Origin: a virus
Lineage: Duplodnaviria > Caudoviricetes
Strand: one strand, 5' to 3'
Virus record (IMG/VR): IMGVR_UViG_3300014501_000023
Location: 1-54,378 of that record
Length of the DNA: 54,378 bases
The translations under genes and the position numbers were made by a program. This document shows positions 34,682 to 44,550 of this stretch, one piece after another. The notes under the pieces were generated by a model. The model was given only the letters and a program-made list of their open reading frames with translations, did not search any database and was not told the origin of the DNA. The stretch's first letter is position 1, and every line of letters starts with the position of its first letter.

Positions 34682-35103
34682 AGGTGCGATCGCTCAGGGA
34701 GCTGCACGCTCGGTTCAAACTTTGCGTGGCTCTCACCAGTACCGAGCGCGACGATCGGGGCATGTACGTGTGGCGCGATGAGAACGGCGTGCCGGAGTTC
34801 TGGTCGCCGACGTCGGAGCGCTACGTCTACCAGCACACGGACGATCCAGCCAACGCGCACGGCCTGTGGTTCGACTGCCCCGCCTGTTTTGAGACCAACG
34901 GTCACGGCGTGCTGGTCGGCTTCGCCGGTCGCAACGCGCCTTCTCCGCTGAGCGTAGGCAAGGACGGCAAGCCGACGTATTGGATTGTGAGCGGCACGAG
35001 CCTTGACGACCTGGTGCTGACCCCTTCGATCCTGCTTCATGACGGATGTAACTGGCACGGGTTCGTCGGTAGTAGCGGCGTCCCGCTCGGGCACGCGGCG
35101 TGA
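34678..35103 (+). CDS. DUF6527-like Zn-binding protein (copy 1)
   Basis: FDCPAC..H...W..SG...DL.LTPSIL..GCNWHGFV. Confidence 0.6.
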   Translation: MKVRSLRELHARFKLCVALTSTERDDRGMYVWRDENGVPEFWSPTSERYVYQHTDDPANAHGLWFDCPACFETNGHGVLVGFAGRNAPSPLSVGKDGKPTYWIVSGTSLDDLVLTPSILLHDGCNWHGFVGSSGVPLGHAA

Positions 35104-35414
35104 GCGATGCCAGGGTACATTTCCACCCGCACACTGAGCATATTTATGAAACGTCGCTGGCGGAGCCTGGAAAAGAGCAGGAGTTTTCGTTTCAGTGCCC
35201 TAAGCACGACCGCCGTTGCGGCAACCAAATTATCGTAGGGCGCACAGCTTTGAAGCATGACCCGCAGAATAAGAACGGTGGTGTAGCGCAATGGGCGTGG
35301 AATGGTAATCGCGAGGCACCAACCTTTACGCCGTCAATTAATTGTGCGGGCTGCTGGCACGGATACATACGCGCCGGTCGTTGCGTCAATACAGCGGGCG
35401 TGGACGAACCGTAA
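35100..35414 (+). CDS. DUF6527-like Zn-binding protein (copy 2)
   Basis: FQCP...C...WAWNGNREAPTFTPSINCAGCWHGYIRAG. Confidence 0.65.
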   Translation: MSDARVHFHPHTEHIYETSLAEPGKEQEFSFQCPKHDRRCGNQIIVGRTALKHDPQNKNGGVAQWAWNGNREAPTFTPSINCAGCWHGYIRAGRCVNTAGVDEP

Positions 35415-35960
35415 ATGGCCAAGAACAAGCTCGATTTCGCCAAGATCGCCAAGGCGCTCAACGACCGCGCGCAGATGTTCAAGGGCGCGGTGGCCAAGGT
35501 CGGTATCCCGGCCGGTAAGAAGTACCCCGACGGCACCTCCATCGCCTACGTCGGCACCGTCCACGAGTTCGGCGCGCCGGAGGTCGGCATCCCGCAACGC
35601 TCCTGGCTGCGCTCGACTCGCAACGCCAAGCGCGCCGCGTGGGCGCGTGACCTGGCCGATGGAGCGCAGGCGGTGGTGCGTCGGGCTATCTCGCTCGACG
35701 GCATGCTGGACGCGGTGGGCGCGGCTGCGGCGGGCGACGTGGTGCAGACGATTGCGGCGCGCATCCCCCCACCCCTCAAGCCCGCGACCATCGCCGCGCG
35801 CGTGCGCCGCGCGCGCAGGACCAACCCGGGGTTCGGCGCCAAGTCCCTCCCCGTGACGATCAGCACGCCGCTCGACGACACCGGCACGCTAGTGGCGACC
35901 ATCGCTCACGGCACGGGTGCGGCGGGTGAGGAGTTCACGGGCGGAACGGCGGTGAAATAA
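35415..35960 (+). CDS. neck / virion morphogenesis protein
   Basis: KVGIP...YPDGTSIAYV...HEFGAP..GIP.RS.LR; PPL.PATI; PL.DTG.L. Confidence 0.8.
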   Translation: MAKNKLDFAKIAKALNDRAQMFKGAVAKVGIPAGKKYPDGTSIAYVGTVHEFGAPEVGIPQRSWLRSTRNAKRAAWARDLADGAQAVVRRAISLDGMLDAVGAAAAGDVVQTIAARIPPPLKPATIAARVRRARRTNPGFGAKSLPVTISTPLDDTGTLVATIAHGTGAAGEEFTGGTAVK

Positions 35961-35961
35961 A

Positions 35962-36378
35962 ATGGATCTACACAGAATCGTCCGCGGCGCCATTGGAGCA
36001 GTGAACCCTGATCAGTCCATAGGGTGGCGCAAGTACCTGCTCGCCGCCGCGCCGAACAGCAGTGGGCAGTCTGCGCCCACCTACGCTCCGCTGAAGGGGC
36101 TCATGGGACAGGTGCAACCGCTGCCCACCGACCAGCTCGCGCACATGGATCAACTCAACATCCAGGGCGTGCTGCGCCAGGTGTACCTCCGGGGTGCCGC
36201 GGCCACCGCGGTGCGCGTGGATGGCACGGGCGGCGACCTGTTGCAGTTCCCGGAAGTGCGCGGTGGCCCGCTGCGAGTGTGGCTCGTGGTGCTAGTCCCT
36301 GAGCAGTGGCCCGACTGGTGCCTGGCCGTCGTAAGGCTGCAGAACGATTCGCCGGTGGTGCAGGCTTGCACGCAATGA
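35962..36378 (+). CDS. head-closure / collar protein
   Basis: MDLHRIVRGAIGAVNP...QVQPL...L.H.D.LN.QG...GGDL..F...W.V..V.E.WPDWC. Confidence 0.75.
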   Translation: MDLHRIVRGAIGAVNPDQSIGWRKYLLAAAPNSSGQSAPTYAPLKGLMGQVQPLPTDQLAHMDQLNIQGVLRQVYLRGAAATAVRVDGTGGDLLQFPEVRGGPLRVWLVVLVPEQWPDWCLAVVRLQNDSPVVQACTQ

Positions 36379-36413
36379 GTCTAAACATTTTCACTCTTTG
36401 AGGACATACTGAC

Positions 36414-37043
36414 ATGAAGATACTTCGTTCATTGATGTTGGCCGGTGCGCTGGCGGCGCTCGCTTGTGCGGCGGGTGCGCAGGTGCCCGGTGGGCTGTGG
36501 CGTTTCGGTACCACGGGCGCGTTTGCCCCGCAGCCCGGGGACTGCGTCAGCATTCTGGCGATGAATTCGAGCGGGCAGACGGGCACGGACTCGGCAACGC
36601 CATGTTCGCCCGCATTCCTCACTACTGCCTACACCAACGCGGCGCTCACAACCTACACCGCGGTCCTCGCCCTGCCGACCACTCAGGCTTCGACCGTGGT
36701 GGCCGGGGAGTGCGACTTAATCTGGGAGGACAGCTCGACCTCCGGCACCGCGACCTTCGCCGCCGGTCTCTCTGCGACGCCGACCGATCTCTGGGTCAAT
36801 GCTTCCTCGAGCGCTGGTGCGTACACGGCCCCCGCTTACACGACGATCGCAAACACCACGATCACCGCTGTCACTACTGCGCTGGCCGCTACCGCGGCGA
36901 CCACGCCCTACAGGACGCACCTGTCGTTCGTGCTGCAGAATTCCGCCATTGCGGCCAATATCTTGACTGTTTATGCACAATCAAATTCAGCGAGCTATAC
37001 ATTGACGGTCGAGCCCGGAAGCTGGTGCGCTTGGGTGCCGTAA
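36414..37043 (+). CDS. secreted beta-sandwich protein (possible virion accessory)
   Basis: MKILRSLMLAGALAALACAAGA-Q signal peptide; Thr/Ala-rich; 4 Cys in mature chain. Confidence 0.65.
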   Translation: MKILRSLMLAGALAALACAAGAQVPGGLWRFGTTGAFAPQPGDCVSILAMNSSGQTGTDSATPCSPAFLTTAYTNAALTTYTAVLALPTTQASTVVAGECDLIWEDSSTSGTATFAAGLSATPTDLWVNASSSAGAYTAPAYTTIANTTITAVTTALAATAATTPYRTHLSFVLQNSAIAANILTVYAQSNSASYTLTVEPGSWCAWVP

Positions 37044-37097
37044 GGCACGGGCGGCTCAAGGTCCTGGCTGCACTAACCATATAAGCGGAGCAATTCA

Positions 37098-38594
37098 ATG
37101 CCTACGATCCCGTTTTCTACCGTCGCTGACATCATCCCCGGCGTGATCTCAGCCGGCGGGGCCGCGGTGGACCTGAGCGCCGTGGTGCTGTCGGAAAGTA
37201 TTTATGCGCCGCAGAACGAGGTGCTGGGGTTCCCGAACTACGTTGACGTGGCCGCTTACTTCGGCTCCGCGAGCCCAGAGGCGGCGATCGCGAGCATTTA
37301 TTTCCAGGGGCCTGAGAACGCGCTGGCCTCCCCTGGCATGCTCTACTTCCTGGGGTACGCGGAGGCGGCGGTCCCTGGGTGGCTACTCGGCGCCGCCAGC
37401 ACCCCCGCGACGCTGACCGCGCTGCAGGCGCTGGCCTCCGGCACGCTCATCATCACGGTGGCCGGTACGGTGTTCACCTCGTCCTCGATCAACCTGTCCG
37501 CCGCCAGCAGCTTCAGCGCCGCCGCAGCCGACATGCTGGCCGCCTTCACCGCGCCCACCTTCACCATCACCTACGACGCGCTGCACCAGGCGTTCCTCAT
37601 CACCTCCACCGCCACCGGCGTCCTCGAGACCATCACCTACTGCACCGGCACACTGGCCGCGGGCGTTGGCTTGGCGGCGGCCAGCGGCGGTACGCTGAGC
37701 CAGGGCGCGGCGGCCGCGGTACCCGCGACGCAGATGAATTGGCTAGTTGCGAACTTCCAGAATTTTGCCTCGTTTTTCACCACTTGGATGAGCTCACTGA
37801 ACGAGCAGGAGGCATTCGCCAATTGGTCTAACTCACTCTCCCCGCGCTATGGCTATATATCGTGGGATACGGGGGCGGCGGCCGACGTGCTCAACAACCC
37901 CAGTTCGTTCGGCGGTTGGCTCAAGGCCAATTCCATCATCGGTACGTTGCCGGTGTACGGCGCTGCTGTGCACGCGGCCGCCGCCGCCAGCTGGGCCGCC
38001 TCGTGGAACATGAACCAGCGCAACGGGCGCTCGACGCTGTGCTTCAGGGAGTTCGCGGGACTGGCGCCGAGCGTGACGGACTCGCTGACCTACAGCAACG
38101 TCACTTCCAACGGTTACAACGTCTACGGCGCCTTCGGCAGCAATAACCCCGCGAACAACGCGGACTGGATGACGCCGGGGTCAATCTCGGGCGAGTGGCT
38201 GTGGGCCGACACGTACTACGGGCAGATCGTGCTCAACTCGAACCTTCAGGTCGGGATCGTCGACGGCCTGAGGTCAGTGGGGCAGGTGCCGTACAACAGT
38301 GACGGTGACGCGCAGCTGGCCAGCTTCTGCGCACCGGCGATAAAGGCGGCGCTGAACTTCGGCACCATCCGCAAGGGCGTAAACCTCTCGGCCTCGCAGA
38401 TCGCGCAGGTCATCGACCTCGTCGGCTCTGACGTCTCACCTACCATCACGGCGCAGGGCTACTACCTGTATACCGACGCCGCTGGCACGGCGGCCAATGT
38501 GCGCGCGGCGCGGCAATCGCCCCCAGCGATCCTGCTCTATCAGGATGGCGAGTCGATTCAGTCGATCACTATGCCATCTTTGGTCATTCAGTAA
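37098..38594 (+). CDS. tail sheath protein (DUF3383 family)
   Basis: TIP.S....I.PGV.SAGG; YFG..S.EA; NGYN.YG; WADTY; VPYN.DG; LYQDGESIQ.I. Confidence 0.9.
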   Translation: MPTIPFSTVADIIPGVISAGGAAVDLSAVVLSESIYAPQNEVLGFPNYVDVAAYFGSASPEAAIASIYFQGPENALASPGMLYFLGYAEAAVPGWLLGAASTPATLTALQALASGTLIITVAGTVFTSSSINLSAASSFSAAAADMLAAFTAPTFTITYDALHQAFLITSTATGVLETITYCTGTLAAGVGLAAASGGTLSQGAAAAVPATQMNWLVANFQNFASFFTTWMSSLNEQEAFANWSNSLSPRYGYISWDTGAAADVLNNPSSFGGWLKANSIIGTLPVYGAAVHAAAAASWAASWNMNQRNGRSTLCFREFAGLAPSVTDSLTYSNVTSNGYNVYGAFGSNNPANNADWMTPGSISGEWLWADTYYGQIVLNSNLQVGIVDGLRSVGQVPYNSDGDAQLASFCAPAIKAALNFGTIRKGVNLSASQIAQVIDLVGSDVSPTITAQGYYLYTDAAGTAANVRAARQSPPAILLYQDGESIQSITMPSLVIQ

Positions 38595-38606
38595 GGAGGC
38601 CAAGCA

Positions 38607-39044
38607 ATGGCCGGTTCAATCACTAGCGCAAATACGTCCATCACGCTCACCATCCCCGGGGTCTTTAGCTCCGGTGTGCTGCTGCAGAACTTCGCGGTCA
38701 ATGACATCTTGGAACCCGACCCGCAGACCCTCACCGAGTCGCGCGTGGGGGCGGACGGGGAAGTGGTCGGCGGGTACGTGTTCAACCTCGCCAAGTTCCG
38801 CATAATGTTTCAGGCGAACTCGGACTCAATAGCGGCGTTCTACGCCTGGAAGGCAGCACAGGATGCGGAGACTGACGTCATTGCGGCAAGCATGAAAATT
38901 ATTTCCCCGAATCTAGGTCTCGACGTCAACCTCGAGGACGTGTACTGCGAGACGCTGCCGTTCATGCCGCCGCTCAAGAAGGTGGCCGAGGAGCTGACGG
39001 TCACGATGACCGCCAACCCCGGATGGCAGACCACGAGCACCTGA
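38607..39044 (+). CDS. tail tube protein
   Basis: ITSAN...L.IP.V....V.LQ.F...G.DG...GGYV; directly after sheath. Confidence 0.82.
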   Translation: MAGSITSANTSITLTIPGVFSSGVLLQNFAVNDILEPDPQTLTESRVGADGEVVGGYVFNLAKFRIMFQANSDSIAAFYAWKAAQDAETDVIAASMKIISPNLGLDVNLEDVYCETLPFMPPLKKVAEELTVTMTANPGWQTTST

Positions 39045-39048
39045 GGGC

Positions 39049-39477
39049 GTGGCGCTCAAGGAGCTAGACGTCACGATCAATGAGGGGCGGGACGCTGGCA
39101 AGACCTATCACCTCAAAGAGTGGCCCGCGATGCGCACCGAGCACTGGGTCATGCGAGCGGTATTCGGGCTGGGGCGCGCGGGGGTAGAGATCCCGCCCGA
39201 GATCCTTTCGCTCGGCGCCGGTCCCACAGCGTACGCGATCGCGAGCCAGGCGATCAAGATGCCTTCGCGCTTGGGGATAAGGCTGGCCGATGAGCTGATG
39301 GAGTGCGTGACGATCGCCGAGCCCAAGGTGACGCGCGGGCTGGTCGAGAATGACATCGAGGACTTCAGCACGCGACTGTTTCTGAAGGGGCAGGTGCTCA
39401 AGTTGATGTTCGGTTTTTTTCTGCCCGCCGCTTCCCCGAGCTCGACACCGGTGGCGAGCGGCGCCCCAAACAAGTAA
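39049..39477 (+). CDS. tail assembly chaperone (gpG-like)
   Basis: GRDAGK.Y...E.PA...E.W; DIED.ST...L...V....FGFF; between tube and tape measure. Confidence 0.8.
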   Translation: MALKELDVTINEGRDAGKTYHLKEWPAMRTEHWVMRAVFGLGRAGVEIPPEILSLGAGPTAYAIASQAIKMPSRLGIRLADELMECVTIAEPKVTRGLVENDIEDFSTRLFLKGQVLKLMFGFFLPAASPSSTPVASGAPNK

Positions 39478-39650
39478 GGACCGCGAGCGTCAACGCGGTG
39501 GTCGCCGCGGTGGTCGCCGCGAATGACGCCACGCTATATGAGCTGCAGACCATCTACGGGCTCGAGGACCTGTGGACGATGTTCGAGATCCGTGCGGTCG
39601 CGAATCACAACGAGTACCTGGCGGCGAAGAGCGCCAACAAAGGGCGGTGA
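39414..39650 (+). CDS. -1 frameshift extension of tail assembly chaperone (gpGT-like)
   Basis: slippery T TTT TTT at 39414-39420; -1 frame reads ...ATLYELQTIYGLEDLWTMFEI..NHNE to TGA 39650, 3 nt before the tape measure start. Confidence 0.78.
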   Translation, partial: FFSARRFPELDTGGERRPKQVRTASVNAVVAAVVAANDATLYELQTIYGLEDLWTMFEIRAVANHNEYLAAKSANKGR

Positions 39651-39653
39651 GCC

Positions 39654-41372
39654 ATGCCGACTATAATTGATTCGCTGTTCTTAGAACTGGGCATCGACAC
39701 CAGCAGGTTCAGCGCTGACCAGGTCAAGGCGCTTGGTAAGATGCAGGAGTTCGAGACGCGCGCGAAGCGCGCGGGCAAGGGCGGCGGGGACGCCGTCAAG
39801 AGCGTGGGGGACGCGTTCCGCGACCTTGCCAAGAGCACGAGCATAGGCTCGGGTGTATCGCGAATCGAGGACTTGTCGAAGAAGGTCACTGGCCTGGGCA
39901 AAAGTCTGGGCGTCGCGGGCGGCGTCGGTGGGCCGCTCGGCGCCGTGACGCGGGGCATCGGCGCGTTGCTGTCGCCGACCGCAATACTCGGTGCGGCCGT
40001 CGGCGTGGTCGGCTATGAGATGTGGGACCTCAATAAGGTCATGACGGCAAACAACGCTGCCATAGACCGCCAGGCGCAGCTCACCGGCACCAGCGCTGCA
40101 AACATGTGGGCCTGGGCCGAAGCGGCGAAGACCGTGGGCGCCAACCCGATGGAGATTTCTGGCGGCATTGCGAGCCTGCAGACCGCGATCATGGGCATGG
40201 GCATCGGCGTCGGCAACGCCACCCCGCAGCTGGCTGCGCTGACGCGTTTGCGCGTGCCGTGGAGCTTGCAGAAGGGCGCTGATATCGAGGCGTTTTTCAC
40301 GCGGGTGAACAAGCTGGCGGCGGAGAGTAAGTTTGGTATCGGCCCCGGTTCCAAGCCGCTGGGGGCGTTGGTGGCGCTTGCGCAGCAGGCGGGGATGAAC
40401 GATGCTATGGTCGCTCTGGCCACCAACCCGACCACGACGCCTGCCGAAATTAAGAAGTGGATTGATAGCAAGAAGGGCGTGGAGCTCGGTACTACGCTGC
40501 AGGAGTCTCTGAAGAGCCAGACGATCCTGGGCAAGCTCGGGATCGAGAAAGACATCCTCTCCGAGACCGCCTATGGCGGCGAGCAGGGGTTGATGCAGGC
40601 GGTGGTCGAGTTGCTGACCAAGTTGCTCGACCTCACCAACACCCTGGTCATCTACGTAGGCTCGATTGTGCACGCGATTCCGGGGGCCATGGATTGGCTC
40701 GGTCACAAGGTGGTCGAAGGTATGGACGCGATCACTGGTGTGCAGCCCATCAAGCCGCTACCAGCCGACGCGGTCGCGCGCCAAGCGGCTGCACTGAAGT
40801 ATCTCGTGGGCCAAGGGGTCCCAGCCATGGAGGCGGCGGCCATGGTCGGTAACTGGTCGCAAGAATCGAGCATGGATCCATTGGTGACCAATCCTAGCGG
40901 TCACAAGGGCCTCGGGCAATGGGACGCCTCGCGACAGAAAAACTTTGAACAGTTTGCCGGCTACCGTATGGGGCCGCAGAGCGGTGTGTCAAACGACAAG
41001 CAATTCTGGGATCAGATTAAGTTCTCGTTGACGGAGCCTCAGTATAAGAAGGCGCGAGAGATGATGGCTAAGGCACATAGCCTGGCGGAAGCAACGGCCA
41101 TATTCCAGCGGCTCGACGAAATAGTCTACGATGCGTCCGGCCCTCGGCGACTCGCCTTTGCACAAGCCGCACTCGCCGCCGCTAGCAATGGGTCCACGCA
41201 GAGCACCAGCACCTCGACGCACGAAATCAACATTGGCGACATCCACGTCGCGAGCAACGCAACTAACGGCGTTGACATGGCGCGCGATATGCGCCGCTCG
41301 CTAGCAAGACAGCCACTGCTGGGGCCGTTGGCGACGCAGACGATGACCCTGGCCACGCGCGGTTCGCAATAA
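39654..41372 (+). CDS. tape measure protein with C-terminal phage tail lysozyme domain
   Basis: MPTIIDSLFLELGID start; AAAMVGNWSQES.MDP...GHKGLGQW...RQ..F. Confidence 0.85.
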   Translation: MPTIIDSLFLELGIDTSRFSADQVKALGKMQEFETRAKRAGKGGGDAVKSVGDAFRDLAKSTSIGSGVSRIEDLSKKVTGLGKSLGVAGGVGGPLGAVTRGIGALLSPTAILGAAVGVVGYEMWDLNKVMTANNAAIDRQAQLTGTSAANMWAWAEAAKTVGANPMEISGGIASLQTAIMGMGIGVGNATPQLAALTRLRVPWSLQKGADIEAFFTRVNKLAAESKFGIGPGSKPLGALVALAQQAGMNDAMVALATNPTTTPAEIKKWIDSKKGVELGTTLQESLKSQTILGKLGIEKDILSETAYGGEQGLMQAVVELLTKLLDLTNTLVIYVGSIVHAIPGAMDWLGHKVVEGMDAITGVQPIKPLPADAVARQAAALKYLVGQGVPAMEAAAMVGNWSQESSMDPLVTNPSGHKGLGQWDASRQKNFEQFAGYRMGPQSGVSNDKQFWDQIKFSLTEPQYKKAREMMAKAHSLAEATAIFQRLDEIVYDASGPRRLAFAQAALAAASNGSTQSTSTSTHEINIGDIHVASNATNGVDMARDMRRSLARQPLLGPLATQTMTLATRGSQ

Positions 41373-42244
41373 TGTCCGTACCCTTCACCGCCGATAGCGA
41401 CGTCACTGCTGACAGCAGCATCACTGTCGATAACCCGCCGGGCTTCAGCGCGCAATACCCGAATGTGCCGGCGATGGCAGGGGTGCCGTTGCTTGCGCGG
41501 CAGCAGACCGCGGCCGTGGTCAGCGCCGCCGCAAGCGGTCCAGGGCTGAATGCGGCGCTCGCCGCGCAGCTCGGGCTCCCGCCGGGAACCGTGTTCGGCA
41601 GTAGCTCACTGTACACGGGGCTGAACTTAGAGCCCCTAGACCCGAACTATGGTTTTTTGAATGCGAGCAACGACACCGGTGAGTTAAACTATTTTCTGAT
41701 TCCAGACTCCGTAGTTGAACTCGAGGTCAGCGCTGACTCTACCATTAACTCACATCCGATCGAGCGGGGGCAGTTCGAGGCTTACAACCGCGTGCAGAAC
41801 CCGGCGCGCGTGCGGCTGCTGCTGGCGTGCCAGGGCAAGAAGATGGCATACACTGACTTCCTCTCGACGCTGAAAAGTTTGCGCGAGGGGACAGAGACCA
41901 TAACGCTCGCGCTTCCTAACGACTCCTATGATAACATGGCGCTGAAGGGTTATGGCTACGCCCGTAAGGCTGAGCGCGGCGCCATGACGATCTGGGCCGA
42001 TACGCAGTGGGAGGAGGAGCGGTCGACCAACGTCATGGTGAGTGCCCCGCCGACCACAGAGCCGCAAGGCGAGGCTCCGGTTGATCTTGGCTCGTTATCG
42101 CCCGCATTTCCGTCTTTAGCGCAGCAAGCGGCGATTTCTAATCCGCCATTTGTACCAGCGCAGTATACCAACCCGCAACAGGTTGCCGCTGGTATCACCG
42201 CTATGGGCAACGGTGGGTCGCCGCCGTCGGGGGCAGCGCAGTGA
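41372..42244 (+). CDS. Dit-like baseplate / tube initiator protein
   Basis: YPNVP...GVP.L.R; HPIERGQFEAYNRV..P. Confidence 0.75.
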   Translation: MSVPFTADSDVTADSSITVDNPPGFSAQYPNVPAMAGVPLLARQQTAAVVSAAASGPGLNAALAAQLGLPPGTVFGSSSLYTGLNLEPLDPNYGFLNASNDTGELNYFLIPDSVVELEVSADSTINSHPIERGQFEAYNRVQNPARVRLLLACQGKKMAYTDFLSTLKSLREGTETITLALPNDSYDNMALKGYGYARKAERGAMTIWADTQWEEERSTNVMVSAPPTTEPQGEAPVDLGSLSPAFPSLAQQAAISNPPFVPAQYTNPQQVAAGITAMGNGGSPPSGAAQ

Positions 42245-42537
42245 CGCAGCAAGTCATCCCTCTTCAGGCGCTGCCGGCGCAGACGTTTGAGGCGACGCTC
42301 GGTACCCAGGACTGTGAGATCTCGCTGCAACAGATGGCCACGGGGCTGTTTGCGAGCCTCAGCGTTAGTGGTGCGCCAGTTATCTCCGGCCGCTACTGCA
42401 ACGACCGCGTCGGGCTCGTGCGGCAGGCGTATCTCGGGTTCGCTGGCTGGCTGTACTTCGTCGACACGCAGGGTGACTGTGACCCGTACTACGAGGGTCT
42501 TGGTACGCGCTACATCCTGGTCTACGAGTCCGCTTGA
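42241..42537 (+). CDS. baseplate plug protein
   Basis: IPLQALP.Q....LG.Q.C.I; YLGF.G.L.F.DTQG..DP.Y.GLG.RY.L.Y. Confidence 0.8.
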   Translation: MTQQVIPLQALPAQTFEATLGTQDCEISLQQMATGLFASLSVSGAPVISGRYCNDRVGLVRQAYLGFAGWLYFVDTQGDCDPYYEGLGTRYILVYESA

Positions 42538-43446
42538 ATGGCGTTCACGGAAAAGGTCCTGGCCTTTACCTTCAGCGGTGCGGCCCCGTTTCCAGGATCA
42601 CCATCCGGTAGTTTCACCGTGCAGGGACTGCGGGCCATTGCGAGCATCCAGGCTTTTGACGGTCCGCTAGGTGTACACGCGCAGGTCAAAATCTGGGGCC
42701 TGTCGATGGGGCAGATGGATGCGTACTCCACCAAGATTCCGGGTGCGATAGGCGGCGCCGGGGCCGTGGGTGTTACTCCGGATACTCTTACGATTGAGGC
42801 TGGTGATCTCGGCAGCTCGCTGGTAAAGGTCATCGACGGCGCGCCGATCTTGGCATCGTTCATTGATCTAAGCGACTCGCCCGAGTCATCGTTCAATGTC
42901 ACGGTCGCCGCGGTGTACTTAGCAGCCGCGCCAATTGCGGCGCAGTCGCAGCCGGGCGAGCAGGATGCCGCGCAGCGGATCGCTTCGCTGTGTGCCGCTG
43001 CGCCGCCACCCGGGTTGACCCTGAATAATCCCAGCGGCGCGACCGGCACACTGCGTAATCCTTCAACCTACGGCTCAGTGGTCGATCAGATCAGAAAGAT
43101 TGCGGACGCGGCCGGTTTGCGTTGGAAGATCGAGGGCTCGAATGTTTGGCTGTGGCCGCCCAACGGGACGCCGGATGACGTGACATTAAACGTTGGCCCC
43201 GGTACTACGCCACGCATGATTGGGTATCCGGAGTATTGGCCGCTCGGCATCATTGTCCGTTCCCTATTCAATCCGCAGGCAACCGTGGGGCGGTTAGTGA
43301 ACGTAGTCGGGTCGACTATCCCGAAGGCTAACGGCGTTTGGGCCAGCGTCAGCGGGCTTCAGCACGACCTGTCCACCATGCTCGATAGGGGACCGTGGTT
43401 CACGACCATGGTGCTGTCGCCGCCCGGCGTTGGAGCCGGCACGTGA
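42538..43446 (+). CDS. baseplate hub protein
   Basis: GLR......G.....A.V.IWGL; L..EAGD; MIGYP....GI....LFNP; H.L......PWFT. Confidence 0.78.
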   Translation: MAFTEKVLAFTFSGAAPFPGSPSGSFTVQGLRAIASIQAFDGPLGVHAQVKIWGLSMGQMDAYSTKIPGAIGGAGAVGVTPDTLTIEAGDLGSSLVKVIDGAPILASFIDLSDSPESSFNVTVAAVYLAAAPIAAQSQPGEQDAAQRIASLCAAAPPPGLTLNNPSGATGTLRNPSTYGSVVDQIRKIADAAGLRWKIEGSNVWLWPPNGTPDDVTLNVGPGTTPRMIGYPEYWPLGIIVRSLFNPQATVGRLVNVVGSTIPKANGVWASVSGLQHDLSTMLDRGPWFTTMVLSPPGVGAGT

Positions 43447-44123
43447 GCGCGGTGTTTACGAACTTTGACCCCTCGAGCATCACGACCGAGGCGCGGCGCG
43501 TACATGCCCTGATCCTCTCGCTCATTAAAGACGTCCGCACCGCGATCCCGGTAAAGGTTGTGGCGGTGCACCCAGGCGCGGGCACTCCACCCGTGATCGG
43601 CACGGTAGACGTGCAGCCGCTGGTGCAGACGGTCGATGGTTCGGGCAAGCTCTGGGCGCTAGGCGTGACGTATGGGGCCACGTTCTGCCGCATCCAGGCC
43701 GGCGCCACCGCCATCGTTGTCGATCCGGCAGTGAATGACATTGGGCTGGCGATCGCGTGCGACCGCGATATTTCCTCTGTCCTCGCATTGGGAGCGGCGC
43801 TGGCTACCCCAAGCAACGACCAAATCCCGGGCCCCGGTTCGGCGCGCACGCACGACATTTCGGACCTGGTTTACCTGTACTCAGTCGTCAGCGCTGCGGC
43901 GATCACGCAGTACATTCTGGCGAACGCGGAGGGCATTACACTGTTGTCGCCCAACACGATCACTATACAAGGGGCGCAGATCAACATGACAGGTCCAATT
44001 AACGCCAACGGCGCTACGGTAAGTAACGCGGGTGAGATCACTGACGCTCTAGGCGTCGTGCTCGGTACGCATATTCATACCGGCGGGACGATCAGTGGCG
44101 ACACCGGGCCGCCGGTTCCATGA
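43443..44123 (+). CDS. baseplate central spike (gp138/gpV-like)
   Basis: VDVQPLV; DP.VNDIG.....DRDIS; SAR.HD.SD..Y; C-terminal THIH motif. Confidence 0.85.
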   Translation: MSAVFTNFDPSSITTEARRVHALILSLIKDVRTAIPVKVVAVHPGAGTPPVIGTVDVQPLVQTVDGSGKLWALGVTYGATFCRIQAGATAIVVDPAVNDIGLAIACDRDISSVLALGAALATPSNDQIPGPGSARTHDISDLVYLYSVVSAAAITQYILANAEGITLLSPNTITIQGAQINMTGPINANGATVSNAGEITDALGVVLGTHIHTGGTISGDTGPPVP

Positions 44124-44548
44124 TCAACCATACAACCTGGCTGCTCGATTGGACGACCAGTGACAGCTGTCTCGACGCCGTCGGCAACATCGCGGTCGCG
44201 AGCGCCCCTTACGCGATCGCGCAGGACGTGGCCACCGCGATGAGCGCGTTCCTCGGCGAGTGCTGGTACGACAACAGCCTCGGCGTCCCGTACTGGCAAG
44301 GTATCCTGGGGCAGCGCCCACCGACCTCCTACGTCACCTCGCAGCTGGAGGCCGCAGCCCTCACGGTGCCCGACGTGGCCACCGCGCAGGCCTCGGTCGG
44401 CGGGACCAACGTCAAGCGCGGCCTGGTTGCGCAGATGCTGGTGACCGATACGGACGGGAACGAGATCACGCTGGCCAGCGTCGGTGCCTACTGCCCGGGG
44501 CCTGAGCTGCCGATGATCGCGCTCTACCTTCCTCCTGGCGGGGTTTAA
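44120..44548 (+). CDS. baseplate wedge subunit (gpW/gp46-like)
   Basis: D..GNIA....PYA.AQDVA.....FLGECWYD...GVPY...ILG. Confidence 0.8.
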   Translation: MINHTTWLLDWTTSDSCLDAVGNIAVASAPYAIAQDVATAMSAFLGECWYDNSLGVPYWQGILGQRPPTSYVTSQLEAAALTVPDVATAQASVGGTNVKRGLVAQMLVTDTDGNEITLASVGAYCPGPELPMIALYLPPGGV

Positions 44549-44550
44549 GC

